Assembly: GCF_001194135.2 (NCBI RefSeq)
Contig: NC_068988.1
Span: 3,371,245 to 3,435,244 of the forward strand
Source: Octopus bimaculoides
Taxonomy: Eukaryota
Reading direction: 5' to 3'
Length of the DNA stretch: 64,000 bases
The position numbers were made by a program, and so were the translations under genes. Below the pieces are notes generated by a model. It saw only the letters and a list, made by a program, of their open reading frames with translations, made no database searches and was not told where the DNA came from. This document shows positions 51,311 through 64,000 of the stretch, piece after piece (positions within the stretch are counted from its first letter, which is position 1; every line of letters starts with the position of its first letter).

Positions 51311-52357
51311 AAAGAAAAAGCCTCCTTGTCTGAATGGGGAGACATTAGTGGAGAGGGGGTAGCTTTATACCATTTTAGGAGAATTTAAAATATGAGTGAG
51401 AAACAGGAAAACAGAGGAGATAGATGGCTACCCTCCATTATATAAGGGTGGGAGCAGCTGGAAAGAGTGATCTAAGCTGGATATTAAATCTAAAGATTAA
51501 GGAACTTAGTGTAACACAACAACAACCATATTAAATGTTCCTAAAATATGAATTGGTCTTCTTTGTTTTTCTTTTCTTCCTCAGGTTTCATATAGAACTT
51601 TATCCAAGAACAGCAATAACACTGAATGAAATTCATCCATGATTCAGTACCACATCGACTTTTAGTAATGAACTGTCATTCCTTGGTCTGTGTTTATTGC
51701 TTTGGAAAAGTTGATTGTATTTTATGTTGCTACACTGCCGTGAACGTTATTAACGAAGATAGGTGACAGAAGATTCAGTGCTTGATATACAGTGAGGAAT
51801 TGTGTGCTGTGGGAAAGCCATTCAACTGTATCTGGTGGTAAGACTCGAGTCCAGGAGTTTTGAGATGGATGAAATTAGGACTTAGTCACCTCCACTTTCA
51901 GGTCTGCTCTGGTCAGGAGTGGTAGTCATTGTCGAGAGCTTCACTGATGAGTGAAATAACCAAAGATCAAAAGGATAAGACATACAGGACTTGAAGGAAT
52001 TTTCATCCCCAGACATGTGTCACACAAGCCCACTTGTGTGTAGATATGCTCTCATAACGTGGGAACTAGTCCCCACCTCTAGCGGCTAAATAAGCCCTGG
52101 GTCTTGCAGGTAAGCTTAGGAGAGCAGAGCCAACCATACATAAACCAGTAGAAGGTAATGAGAAACCTCTTTCATCCAGAAAATGATGAAGCTTCAGACA
52201 TTGGCATAAAGGTCCATGTCTGCTGGCACATGTGGACATGATGCATGAAAAGAGAGAGAGCGAGAGAGAGAAAGAGAGGCAGACAGAGACAGAGAGAGGG
52301 AGTGTAATATTAAACCTTTAATTGATAGACTTAAATATATATTTTTTTTTTGTATAG

Positions 52358-52450
52358 TGGCACCTTGGGCAAGTGTCTTCCACTATAGCCTCGGGCTGAT
52401 CAAAGCCTTGTGAGTGGATTTGGTAGATGGAAACTGAAAGAAGCCTGTCG

Positions 52451-52507
<57 letters not shown>

Positions 52508-52745
52508 ACATATATATGTACGTGTGTGTATATGTTTGTGTGTCTGTTTGTCTCCCCAGCATTGCTTGACAACAGATGCTGGTGTGTTTGCGTACCCGTA
52601 ACTTAGCGGTTCGGCAAAAGAGATCGATAGAATAAGTACAAGGCTTACAAAGAATAAGCTCTGGGGTCTATTTGCTTGACTATAAAGGCAGTGCTCCAGC
52701 ATGGCTGCAGTCAAATGACTGAAACAAGTAAAAGAGTAAAAGAGA
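52358..52745 (+). mobile_element. CORE-type SINE (5'-truncated) with internal (TA)n
   Basis: gtggcaccttgggcaagtgtcttccactatagcctcgggc...gatagaataagtac...caaatgactgaaacaagtaaaaga, homologous to 7590-7985. Confidence 0.85.
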
Positions 52746-53109
52746 AAGAGTAATAGTAAAGAGTTACAGATAGTTGATAATTACCTGACATGTAGTTGAA
52801 CATGTAGCTGACATAGTTAATAGGGCACCTACCATGTAGGCGATAGGATGCCTCACATATAATTGAAAGCAAAGTATACAGTTGATATGTCTCTCAGATG
52901 TTCAGTCAAGAAGAGACTGGTTTATATTCTGTAGCAACGAGTACATTGTGTGCATTCAGGGTCAAAGTACATAATTCCTAGAGAGAAAAACACATTGGTG
53001 TTTAAGAGTTTTGTAATTAGGACCAGTAAATTGATTGTCAAATAACTTGTTTGTTGACCTCAAAAACACCAGAAACAATGTCAAAAGGATTGGAATTGTG
53101 GGAAAATAT

Positions 53110-53900
53110 TTACACATGTCAAATACAAAAACTATATCTCCAACAAAACAACCCTTATTAGCCCTGCTGAAATTTAAACCTGCCTAACTGTATAATCCCT
53201 ATTTATACTGGCTTAACTACATCCTTTGTATATCAACAGCCGTAAGTAATTAGCCACCATAAAAGAGTCCAAACTACAAACCTCAAAATATATACCCCTA
53301 ATGAACTATACCAAAACATGCTGTTGTTATTTATACATATTTAAATACATACTTCTTATCTACAGTTTCCTAACTTAAAAACCTTAACTCTTCTACTCTA
53401 AGGAAACAAATCTCACCCATTGAGGTAATTACATTATCCTAACCTCACATCCCTGAATGCAGTCTTGGAACTATTTCCATCTTTCTATACAACATTTAAT
53501 GGACTCCTATCACATCCAAACTACATGTCAGTATTTATATCTCCATTGCTACACATGCTAACTCTCGCTTCTCTAAATATACACTCAAAGATAAATTTTA
53601 TAATTATGCATCCATAATTGGATCCTGCTAATTAGAGATCTATGATTGTAGTTACGCACAGCTTACAGCATATCCACAATTAACCATTCATATTAAGATG
53701 CCATTAACCCAAATATTAACACATCATTAAAGTTATAGTATATATAACACATTAGTTTTTTCCCACTCTTTATCAGTTTACCCTTAATTAATTCACTCTG
53801 AATATGATATCAGTTAATAAGATGACGGAGATATCACTATGAGTAAATCTTCTAGTTCATCAATGGATATCCTCTTTATGTTCAAGGAATATTTTCCTAC
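53110..53900 (+). mobile_element. Possible Penelope-like C-terminal remnant
   Basis: A/C-rich decayed coding-like tract with a ...NI*WTPI (I.W.I-like) motif; only weakly recognisable. Confidence 0.25.
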
Positions 53901-55872
53901 TGTGAATGACTTAAACATGATAAGAGAAAACCTTTTAGTTGCAGGGAGCTTAGGAGACACTCATAAAGATGTTTAGGACACATGATGCTGCAAGGTTTTC
54001 TTCAGAATCTACAGACTGGGTCTAGTCTTATGTTGATTCACCTAAGATTCACACCACAAATATCCAGGACTGTTTTCTGCCAGCCAGATGAACTGAGGCA
54101 TGTCAACTTACATATAAACCCCAATGTGTAATGAAATGCCTGCCAGTGGATTTGAATACAAAACCTTCAAAGAGTTGGTCCAAGACACTCACTTTCAAAA
54201 GACAGACACTTGAAAGAGAATTTGTTTTATTTATCTCTGAGATGAATAAAATGTCACAAACTATTGCAAGTATTTCAAATCAAGAATACTCACATTATAC
54301 ACTCCCCATCTCTAAATCACTGTCATGAACAGATATATGCATTTACTGTTAATGCAGCCAAACCAAAATACTTAAAAACAAAAAGCTTGCTTAGAAATGT
54401 CAATAACGTAGGTCATGGTTTCAGCCTTTCTAACTTTCTATGTCCATTGACTAAATAATCGGCCAACAATCCATTTAAGTACATCATAAACCCTTTGGAA
54501 GGACAATACCATCATAAAACCCTATTTCTCCAACTAAATACAAGCTACATATAGACAATAATTGTACGTAATCTTCAAATTCAAGGCTGCCTTGCCAGCA
54601 ATTTACAGTGAATCATATAGAACATAGACTGTCAGTCATATCATTAACTGGATCTACATAGAATTTAGACAGTCAAACCCATAGCTGGATCTATTGTGGC
54701 TAAACTCAGAAAAGACATGACATGCTAAGACATTAAACAGACAAATAAATGCAAAAGTTCACCAAACAGTAACGTTACCAAATATCTTCATGTGGAATAT
54801 GTAGAATGTGGTCCAATCCCAGATTCTAAAGAGTCAATGTTAGTTTGGAAACTTCTGGGACCTACATTTCCTTAAACTATCATCAACAGCGACAAGGGGA
54901 TAATACATTGAGCTTGTGAAACAATATTGTAATAGTTACTTATACTAAAAAAAAGCAGTTAATCATGAACCCAAACACACATTCTATCTTCATTTTTGAA
55001 GCAAACACGAGTTTAGATTCCTATAATTCAGTGCAGAATCATTTAAATGAACGTAAAATGCCTTAGAAATAAAGAGAATCGAATGCTTTCTTTGATCAGG
55101 TATCAATATGTTTGTCAAAGGTTTTGTTTATCAAAAATGATTATTTGTAATTCGAGCACAACAACAATAACAACAAGAGCAACATTTTGTTAAACATCTC
55201 ATTTATCTTTCTTTTAATAGTGTGTCTTTATTTACTTCATCGGTTGCAAAGGAATGAGAACTCCCACTCCATTTTGTATTTTAAAAGATTTTACGGTCAT
55301 TAATGATGAGACTTTAACAAGGTATGAATAGGCAAAATTCTTACAAAGCATCTATATTCAGTTGTGAGAGAGTGAAGTACCAGTGAATACAATCAGAAAA
55401 TTCAGTTGATAGAGGGTGAACTTCTATTGAATATCATCAGAATTACAAACAAGTTAATGTATATAAATATTTGGTAAATTGCTATAAGCTGTTTTAGATG
55501 ATAATGTAATTATAGGTTTATAAAACTATAATAAATCACTATAAATCATTTGCAAATATTTTCTGAGAATAAATAATATTATAAGAAAAGATGTGTTTAA
55601 GCTTCTGTTTGGCGGATACCTAAATATATTAGATACTGTAAATATAGATATCTTGGTCACTTACCTATTTTCATTTGCATGCTTTCATTCCGTATATATA
55701 TATATATATATNNNNNNNNNNNNNNNNNNNNNNNNNNNNNNNNNNNNNNNNATATACATATATATATACGTATGTATGTATGTATATATATATATATATA
55801 TATGTATATGTATGTATATGTATACGTATGTATGTGTAAATATATATTTAATTCAAGGAGAGCTAGAGGTTG

Positions 55873-55911
<39 letters not shown>

Positions 55912-56099
55912 CACACGCATATATATATATTAGACATTGTGAATGTATATATTATACACACACACACATTATTTCCTTGCATGTAGATATCCATTTTGGT
56001 ATATTTATAATTTTAGAATTTTCTTGTGAACAAATGGTAAATGACAATAACTTCTTCTCAGTAAGTTTACACACGCATATCTATATTTTTTGAATATTT

Positions 56100-56270
56100 T
56101 CTTCTCATCGACATCCTTATCACCACCACCACTGTCATCCTCATCATAATCGTCATCATTGTCATCATCATCATCACCACCACCACCACCACCAATGTCA
56201 TCACAGTCATCACAACCACCACCACCACCACCACATCAACAACAACCATCATCATCATCATTATTATCTT
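56100..56270. repeat. (CAT)n/(CAC)n trinucleotide tract
   Basis: Directly visible. Confidence 0.9.
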
Positions 56271-56577
56271 GTCTTTAAGACCTTTCCTAAGACAATTATT
56301 TTCCCCAATCCTGCTAAGACAAGCAAAGCAAAAATTAAAATAAAACAAAGACACGCTTTCTTTATTTTCTTTTCTGCAATGTGTTGAAAATGCCAGACTG
56401 TGCAAACTGAGACATATTTATAGAAAAAAATATATGTATATCTTCTTTAAAGAAATCTAAAAGTAATCTTTTTACAATTTAGAAACCAAAATAGAAACTT
56501 TAAATATAATTCTCACTAATAATTTCTCTCTTAGCCATAAAACTTCCTTTTGTAAAGGTATATATACATATGTACAT

Positions 56578-56608
<31 letters not shown>

Positions 56609-56730
56609 AATGTATGTATATATGTGTGTGTGTATAGAGAGAGAGATAGAGAGATACATGCACGCACACACACACACACACATACACACACATATATATA
56701 TAAACATGTATGTATTATATGTGTGTGTGT

Positions 56731-56797
<67 letters not shown>

Positions 56798-57379
56798 TAT
56801 ATGCAGGTATAAGCTAGTGTACTGATTTCAGCAGGTAACATTTTCCTTGCATAGAAAAACTAAAATCTTTGACATCATATCTGCAATTTTAATAAGTTTT
56901 AGTCAACACACAGAGAACGTTATAATTAAATCTACAACATATCCAAGTACACTCAATGACAGAACATTGATCCAAATATAGTCAACAATACTTACTGCAC
57001 ACCTATTATAGATTGTGCGTGAGTCTTACCTGGGTGATCTGTTTTCATATCAATGAAAATCTCATACAAGTGAATATCGTTTTTACTGGGAAACTGTGGA
57101 ACCCAGGTGAGGGTTGTTATAGTCACTTGATGGGTATCTGAACACGATTCCCTTCAAAAAGCTTCTACTCATTATATATGGGCCAACAAAGGTAACAAGA
57201 GAAGACACTTGCCTTTGGTGTTGCAGATTGAACTCAGAACCTTGAGCCTTCAAAACCGAGCTTGTCGACGATTCATTCTACTTATATACAAATTGTGCAT
57301 AACATCGCAGCCAAAGATCAGTTTGCAAGGAACATTAGTTGACGTAGGTAACCTTAGTAACAGCATGCTTGACTGCATG

Positions 57380-57460
57380 TCCTCCTCCTGCTCCTCCTGC
57401 TCCTGCTCATCATCATCCTCATCATCATCATCATCATCCTCATCATCATCATCATCATCC
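57380..57460. repeat. (TCC)/(TCA)n trinucleotide tract
   Basis: Directly visible. Confidence 0.9.
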
Positions 57461-57807
57461 TAATTGTTTTAATGTCCACTTCTTCCTGCTTGCATGAGTC
57501 AGGCAAAATTCATTGAGGTAGACTTTTATACAGTCGAGTGCTCCTCCTGTCACCCCCAGCCCTCACCTGTTCCCACAGAAGCTAATATTTCTCCATGACC
57601 AGACATGTTTTCGAGGAAGACTGGAAACAAATAACACTGCTTGTGTGATGGGGACACTTGTTTACAACTGTCATATAATGTCAAAACATACATATACACA
57701 CACATATATATACATACACATATGATAAACCTGAACCAACATGCTTTCACTAATCATCATCTGTTTGAGCTTCTTTTCACTTACCACACTTTGTATTTAA
57801 CAGAGCC

Positions 57808-57908
57808 AACAATGACAGCAACAACAATGACGACAACCACAACAACAACAGTATCATCAGCAACAACAACATCAACGACAACAGTGACAACAACAACAAC
57901 AACACCAC
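57808..57908. repeat. (ACA)n-rich trinucleotide tract
   Basis: Directly visible. Confidence 0.9.
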
Positions 57909-58092
57909 TACAGAGCTATCAAAGGAATATCCATGTGGTTGATTGATCTGCTAGAAATAGCAGCATGGCAGAATGTGGAAAGTGTTTTTTTTTTTCAAGA
58001 TCAATGCAGAGAAAAGACAATTTTGGTTTGTTTGTTTTTTTTTTTCAGGATTTGTTGCCTTCATTCCACACTCTGCTAGAACTAGAATACAA

Positions 58093-58304
58093 GAGGGTGC
58101 CAAAAAGCTCCTGGCTTTAAGGGTATCGTGAAAGGCCTGGCTGGAGGCTCAACCTTCCGAGTTCTTTTCACAGGACTTAGAAAAGCTGAAGGACCACTGC
58201 AACAGTTGTGTGAATCTGAGAGGGGAATATGTTGAACAAAATCATAATTAACTAATCATATTGTATTTTCTTTTGCCCAAAGCCAGGATCTTTTCAGCAC
58301 CCTC
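58093..58304 (+). mobile_element. mariner-derived MITE (~212 bp)
   Basis: TIRs gagggtgccaaaaagctcctggcttt and aaagccaggatcttttcagcaccctc; interior encodes a mariner C-terminus KAWLEAQPSEFFSQDLEKLKDHCNSCVNLRGEYVEQNHN*. Confidence 0.85.
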
Positions 58305-61300
58305 AAGAAAGTGGTGCCACTCAAATGAGAAAAAGACTCAGTAATTTGGTTTGTTCTATATAAGACGGTGTATAGTTGGATTGAAACCAAAACCATATCA
58401 TTCTGAAACAAGCCACACACTGGTGCCTGAGTCTTGAATGTAAGTTTTAAATATATTACCTGGCAGCAGAGGAATTGCTTACAACTACTCTACATGAAAC
58501 AAAACATGAAACAATAATTTTATTTTACAAATATTGAACTTTCAAACTAAATTCACTACAATAGAGGGACCCACATATAAAGGACCCACCCCATTCCCAC
58601 TTAAAAAAAAGGCAATAAAAAAAAAAAAGGAAACAGCAAAATTTGGCTGATGTTAAATATTTGTGAAAACTCTTTTATGAGAACCTAAAGTTTTGATTCT
58701 GCTCAGTGAACAAGTTTCTGTACCATTAATTGTAACATTTGGAATATTCATTACCATGATAAATTTCAGAATGAATTCGATTTTAATGATATTGGTTACC
58801 ATATTCTTCCTTTCTACTAAAATTACATTAAAGAAGAAAGGCAAGACACATATTGGAGAGGTGGTGACCATGCCTGTGTTGTGGGTTCACTAGGTGGGGG
58901 GTTGCAGTGGGAGCAGTGGCAGGGATGGTAGTGTTAGTAATGGTTGGTGCACAGTGGTACTGCAATGAGGGTAATGGGTGATAGTTTTTGGTGTTGGCGG
59001 CCATTTTAATGGTGTGATGTGNNNNNNNNNNNNNNNNNNNNNNNNNNNNNNNNNNNNNNNNNNNNNNNNNNNNNNNNNNNNNNNNNNNNNNNNNNNNNNN
59101 NNNNNNNNNNNNNNNNNNNNNNNNNNNNNNNNNNNNNNNNNNNNNNNNNNNNNNNNNNNNNNNNNNNNNNNNNNNNNNNNNNNNNNNNNNNNNNNNNNNN
59201 NNNNNNNNNNNNNNNNNNNNNNNNNNNNNNNNNNNNNNNNNNNNNNNNNNNNNNNNNNNNNNNNNNNNNNNNNNNNNNNNNNNNNNNNNNNNNNNNNTTT
59301 TTTTTTTTTTTTTGTCAAATGATGATGAAGATCAATATTTTTCAAAGAGTGACCAAAGAGCAGACAGCTGCTTGATATGAGCCCCTAAATAAAATAGTTG
59401 GCATTCAATTCTTTTTAAAATCTGGCTAAATGGGAATTTTATGGGAACAATGAAATATTGAAAGCAATCACAGAAAACTGGTTAAAAAAAAAAAAGGAAC
59501 TTGGTTCTCACATCGAAGCTTCTGGTCATTCACACAAATAATCCAATTTTCACAAATGTTTTGAAGTTAAGATAATAGAAAGTTTATAATTTATCTGTAA
59601 TTTATTTCAATTCTCATAATTTGATAAGCACATAATATTGTGCTGGAGCAATATAAGATTTTATTAATGAGGTAGGTGGTACTCTAGGGTATTGGAAGAA
59701 TTTCCTATCACTCAATCCTTTATAAATTACAAGAATCTATTAAGTTGGTACTATGGTGTCCATATATGTTAAGCAGATGGTAAAAATTCTTTCTCTGACT
59801 AGAATGCAGAATCTTTTGCAGGTACTTTATTCCATTGGAGAAATTGAAATCAGGGCTGGAAAAACAAAGCACTTGCAAGCTATTTACAAGTGAGGTGAGT
59901 TAGGTTCTATACTCTCATACAGTTTTCTGCGACTTTTTTTTTTTTTTTGGCAAATCTAGAGGAACCACATCTAGAGCACCAGTTTTATTTCAGAACAGCT
60001 GTGTTAGGTTAATAACAACATCTCTTTAGAGTTCTGCTTGTTTTAGATAAACTTTAATGTGTAAATAATATTTCCTAAGTTCCCTCCTTCATGAGCCACA
60101 ACTTTCCAGACCACAAAAATACACAACCATAGTTTATGTTGTGATATGGAAATGACATTTAAAACTCAGCCAAGCACATTTGAATGTATCAGTCTTTTAC
60201 AGATAACTTTAAGAGAAATACCTGGAAATTATGATCTGCTTTCGTGAATAATGTATAATCATATCAAAGACTATTTTTGAAACACTAAGTCATACTAAGA
60301 AGAACTACAACCATGGTTCTGTAGGGCTTCTCTGGAACTGGCAGAAGAAAGGATGGGATTTATTTTCAGATGAAAGGCATGGATCATCTACCTGAAAAAA
60401 AAGAAACCCTGCCGAAAACCCCCACAGGCCAGGAGGGAGTGTTACGGAGGATGATGGATGAAGTCCACAACACAAAATACAACCATTAATCATTCATTGG
60501 AAAACGTTGTTAAATAGCACAAAAATTCTCCTTAAAATCACAGACATTGCAGAAAAATGGTAGGAGCCATTATGGTTGAAACGAATTGTATGCTTTGTAG
60601 ACAAGACAAAAACCTGACACTTTACAACAGCAACAGTGTCGTGTTGCGTCTGTGACATACAATGGTCGGCTAAAAAGTGATGTCACACAACACTAAACAA
60701 AACCAATGAACAGTATGCTTTTGAAATGAGAAGCACCAATTTCCAATTAGATTTTATTGAAATTTAACAATAATCTTCACAAAGAGAAAAACACACAGAG
60801 AACAATTAGAAAAAAAATTATTATCCATAAGAAAAATTCAACAGCAAGTTATTGAAAATATGAGATTATAATGGATCTCTTTCTCAAAAACATTCACAGA
60901 CATAAGCACACATTTATGGCCAGACACACACATTATTTTTCAGCTTTATGAAGCAATCCTTATATATTAACAGCTATTCTTTGTATAGAGCAATACTGTA
61001 AAGTCTACCTGTATCTCTCCTGTTGTCAACTAATCAGGCTTAAATAAGCATAATTTTGTACCTTGTCGAGGGACCACTGTAATAGCTAGGTTTGTGTTTA
61101 GATCTGTGTATGTGATTAGTAACCCAGTACCTTAACTCTACAGCTATTGTGCAATGTAATATACATTAAAATATAGAAAATATCTAATAAATGAAATTAC
61201 TTCATGCTTATATTTAAGATATATTGCTTTAAATAATTGTTTGGATCTCGTTATGTATAAAATTAGTATTAATTGTCACCCAGAAACCCGTATCAAATAG

Positions 61301-61889
61301 AATTTGTTTATTGTTACAGTCAATTCTACTATACTTTAGTCTCCAATCTATGGCAGTGAAGTCAATGTAGTCTTGAAATTATATAATTAGTTCCTTTCAT
61401 AAACAAAACCTTATCAATTTTATGCCATAATTTTGTTAAAACATGATAGTGTTAATTTAAAATGTTTTAAAGCTAAAACATTAATTAAAAATCTATTATG
61501 CTGTAAATATCAATGTGAAATTTATTCAGTATAGTGAAGATAACATTAAATCCATCATAATTATAAATATATCATGTTAATCTTTTATTATCTTCTATAA
61601 ATCTAATTATATGTGTGTGTGTGTGTGTGTGTCTGTCCATAAGTGCATGTATGTATCTTTATATTTGTGTGTGAACGTGTATGTACCTTTATATTTATGT
61701 ATGCATGTCTTTATATGTTTTCATTATTTTCACTCTCTTTTGATCATACTTCCATCAATGTACAGTAATTCCCCTAAACATGTCCTTTTGTGAAAAATTG
61801 CTCATTCTTTTGTGTGAATAAAGATAGATATGTCTAGTTGTGAAAAGACAGATACATTTTCAACATGGTAGTGAGACTTGAACTTTGAA

Positions 61890-62150
61890 TGCAGAAGCCT
61901 TGTGAAGACTAAATAAAAACAAAGCCACCAACATGCTCAGAAGGATGTACGATAATAATGTGAATGAATTCCACAGTAGAAATATGCCAACTGGTTACAA
62001 AAGAAATCAATTGCAATGTGCAAATGAGGAGGCTGTGCTGGTACAGACGTGTAATGCACATGCAGGATGAATACTGCATACAAAAGTACTGAATGCTCCA
62101 AGTTAGTGGCAGCTGTGAAGGAGGGAGTCTATAGAAGCTTATCCTTTACT
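61890..62150 (+). mobile_element. RTE ORF2 3' end, decayed
   Basis: gaggaggctgtgctggtacagacgtgtaatgcacatg (RRLCWYRRVMHM, compare RRLRWYGHVMRM). Confidence 0.65.
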
Positions 62151-62255
62151 TATAGGGTACTCCTTTTGGGCCACTTGAATCATATTTTCTCACTAAATGC
62201 TAAGTTCTTAATGTTATATGTGTAGATATTGATATGTATAAACATCTGTATAAAT

Positions 62256-62292
<37 letters not shown>

Positions 62293-62765
62293 GTCTAATG
62301 CATACATATGTACACAGGATTTTATTCTACTGCTACTACTGCTACTGACCTGTCCAACCATCCTAATTCCTTTCTCTGTCTCATCATTTAGACTCCATCA
62401 CTACAATTGACACTCCTTAAAGCTTTATATCTCTCTCTCCATAACACCCCATTCATTCTATCTTTCTACATTCTATCTTTCTCTCACTTTCACCCTCATC
62501 CTCCCCTTCCTACTTTCTTATTATATTCACTGACCATTCTGGTACATTTTCTCTTATCTCTATTTTGTATTTCTTTTTCCTTTCTTTTCTTTATTCCTTT
62601 TATTATTTTCTTCTTCTTTTTTCTTCTATTTCCTCCCTCCCCCACTTTTTTTCTCTTCCTTTATTCTTCTCTTCCTGTTTTCGACCCTACTAATACATTC
62701 CCTGCTTTTAGGTCACTTCAAACAGAACCCTTGATTCAATAACACTATATAAACTCTGTATTTGG

Positions 62766-62890
62766 AATGACCAATTTCAAAGACTGTTGGATTTTACTCA
62801 TAGGGTATTGGAATCTTAATAATGGATTTACAAAGGCAATGACCAATCTTAAAGACTATTGGATTTTACTCATAAGGTATTGGAATCTTA
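62766..62890. repeat. 72-bp tandem duplication
   Basis: aatgaccaatttcaaagactgttggattttactcatagggtattggaatctta at 62766, repeated at 62838. Confidence 0.9.
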
Positions 62891-62959
62891 TATGTATACC
62901 ATTCTGCCTAAACAATGGGTTTACAGATATAATATACCTGCATTCACTCTCTATTTCCT

Positions 62960-63265
62960 ATCTTATCTAAATTAACTATTGCCTAACCATCCTCTCACAC
63001 CATCTTCGATGAAGGGATATAATAAAAATGCTGGAAACAGCTGTAAGACCTTCTATTTATAAATATTCTAAAATATACACAGCCTTGGTTTTTTATCTCA
63101 TCACGAAAAGTAGAACCTTATATTCACACACTGATACATGACCTACGTTGGACCCCTTATTCGCATAATCACAGAACCTGGAGCTTAACTATGGTCTATC
63201 CATAGCACTTACTCAGCATTACCTGAAACCTCTGGGTCTAATTGACACCACTATCGCTCATAACC
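62960..63265 (+). mobile_element. Penelope pLTR-like module with a degenerate hammerhead-like motif
   Basis: tct-TCGATGA-a-ggga...-GAAA-CAGCTG-TA-aga at 63003-63048; ends in a hairpin with an inverted copy. Confidence 0.35.
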
Positions 63266-63301
63266 TATATATATATATAGGTTATGAGTGATAGATAGTG
63301 G

Positions 63302-63306
<5 letters not shown>

Positions 63307-63377
<71 letters not shown>
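63307..63377. repeat. (TAA)n microsatellite
   Basis: Directly visible. Confidence 0.95.
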
Positions 63378-63378
<1 letters not shown>

Positions 63379-64000
63379 GTGACAACAAAAGATTGAGACC
63401 TCGATATTAGGTAAATAGAGGATATTTATATATTTATAATGCTCCGGCATTTGAAATTCTGAGTTCTATTATGGCAACTTTCTGATTGTTCTAAACTATA
63501 CATACATGTGTATATACACATATATATAAAGGAACATATTCTGATGATATCAAGAATTAATCCTATTGGAGTCACAAGAAAATGAACCAAATACAACTGA
63601 CAAAGTAGTCGGTGGCATAAAGGGTATCCAGCTGTGGATATCGAGTGAAATATGGCACACAGAGGCACCGGTCTATGAAAGCCAGTGACTGAAAATAAAA
63701 AATGATTTGGGTTATGGCAATTTATTCAACTCCAACAATTGTAGAAAGCAATTGTAAAATGATGATCTGATGCTGATGAGATGATGTGTATGTGTGTGTG
63801 AGAGAGAGTACATGAGTCTGCTTTTATGAGAAGCTGTGTATATATATGTGTGTGTGTGTGCGTGTGCGTGGGTGTGGGTGTGCGTGCGTTTAAGTATATA
63901 CATATATATATGCAAACACGTTTATCTATATGAATAGAAATACATGTACACACAAACACACACATGCATGATGTATGTAGGTAGGTAGGTAGGCATGTAT

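Noticed and set aside
60641-60693. Hairpin gtgttg-cgtc-tgtgacat...atgtcaca-caacac as a possible pre-miRNA
   Set aside because: Only 14 paired bases with a bulge and a 21-nt loop, too short for a miRNA stem; may overlap a transposon end.
63541-63585. Perfect CTGATGA followed later by GAAA
   Set aside because: No pairable stem II and no palindromic or hairpin stem III, so not called a hammerhead.

Overview
AT-rich, repeat-dense eukaryotic (animal) DNA with ten N-gaps, most of them abutting microsatellites. The SINE, RTE, Penelope and mariner families point to a coleoid cephalopod, probably Octopus; this is inferred from recalled repeat families, not from a search. I could not confidently recognise any host protein-coding gene, rRNA, tRNA or CRISPR array. 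Almost every listed ORF is a microsatellite or N-gap artefact or a decayed transposon frame, so the window looks intronic or intergenic. Supported content: several Tc1/mariner remnants (two with readable D,D34D spacing, one maT/DD37D-like, one MITE), many RTE LINE fragments, CR1/Jockey-like and R4/Dong-like fragments, Penelope-like retroelement fragments, tRNA-derived SINEs, and many simple repeats. The most notable signal is three minimal hammerhead-ribozyme-like motifs, all degenerate in these copies. One lies in a compact element with a tRNA-derived Pol III head (25258-25550). A 400-bp near-identical direct duplication brackets the Penelope/hammerhead cluster. Some short exon candidates with good splice signals can be chained in phase but are low confidence.
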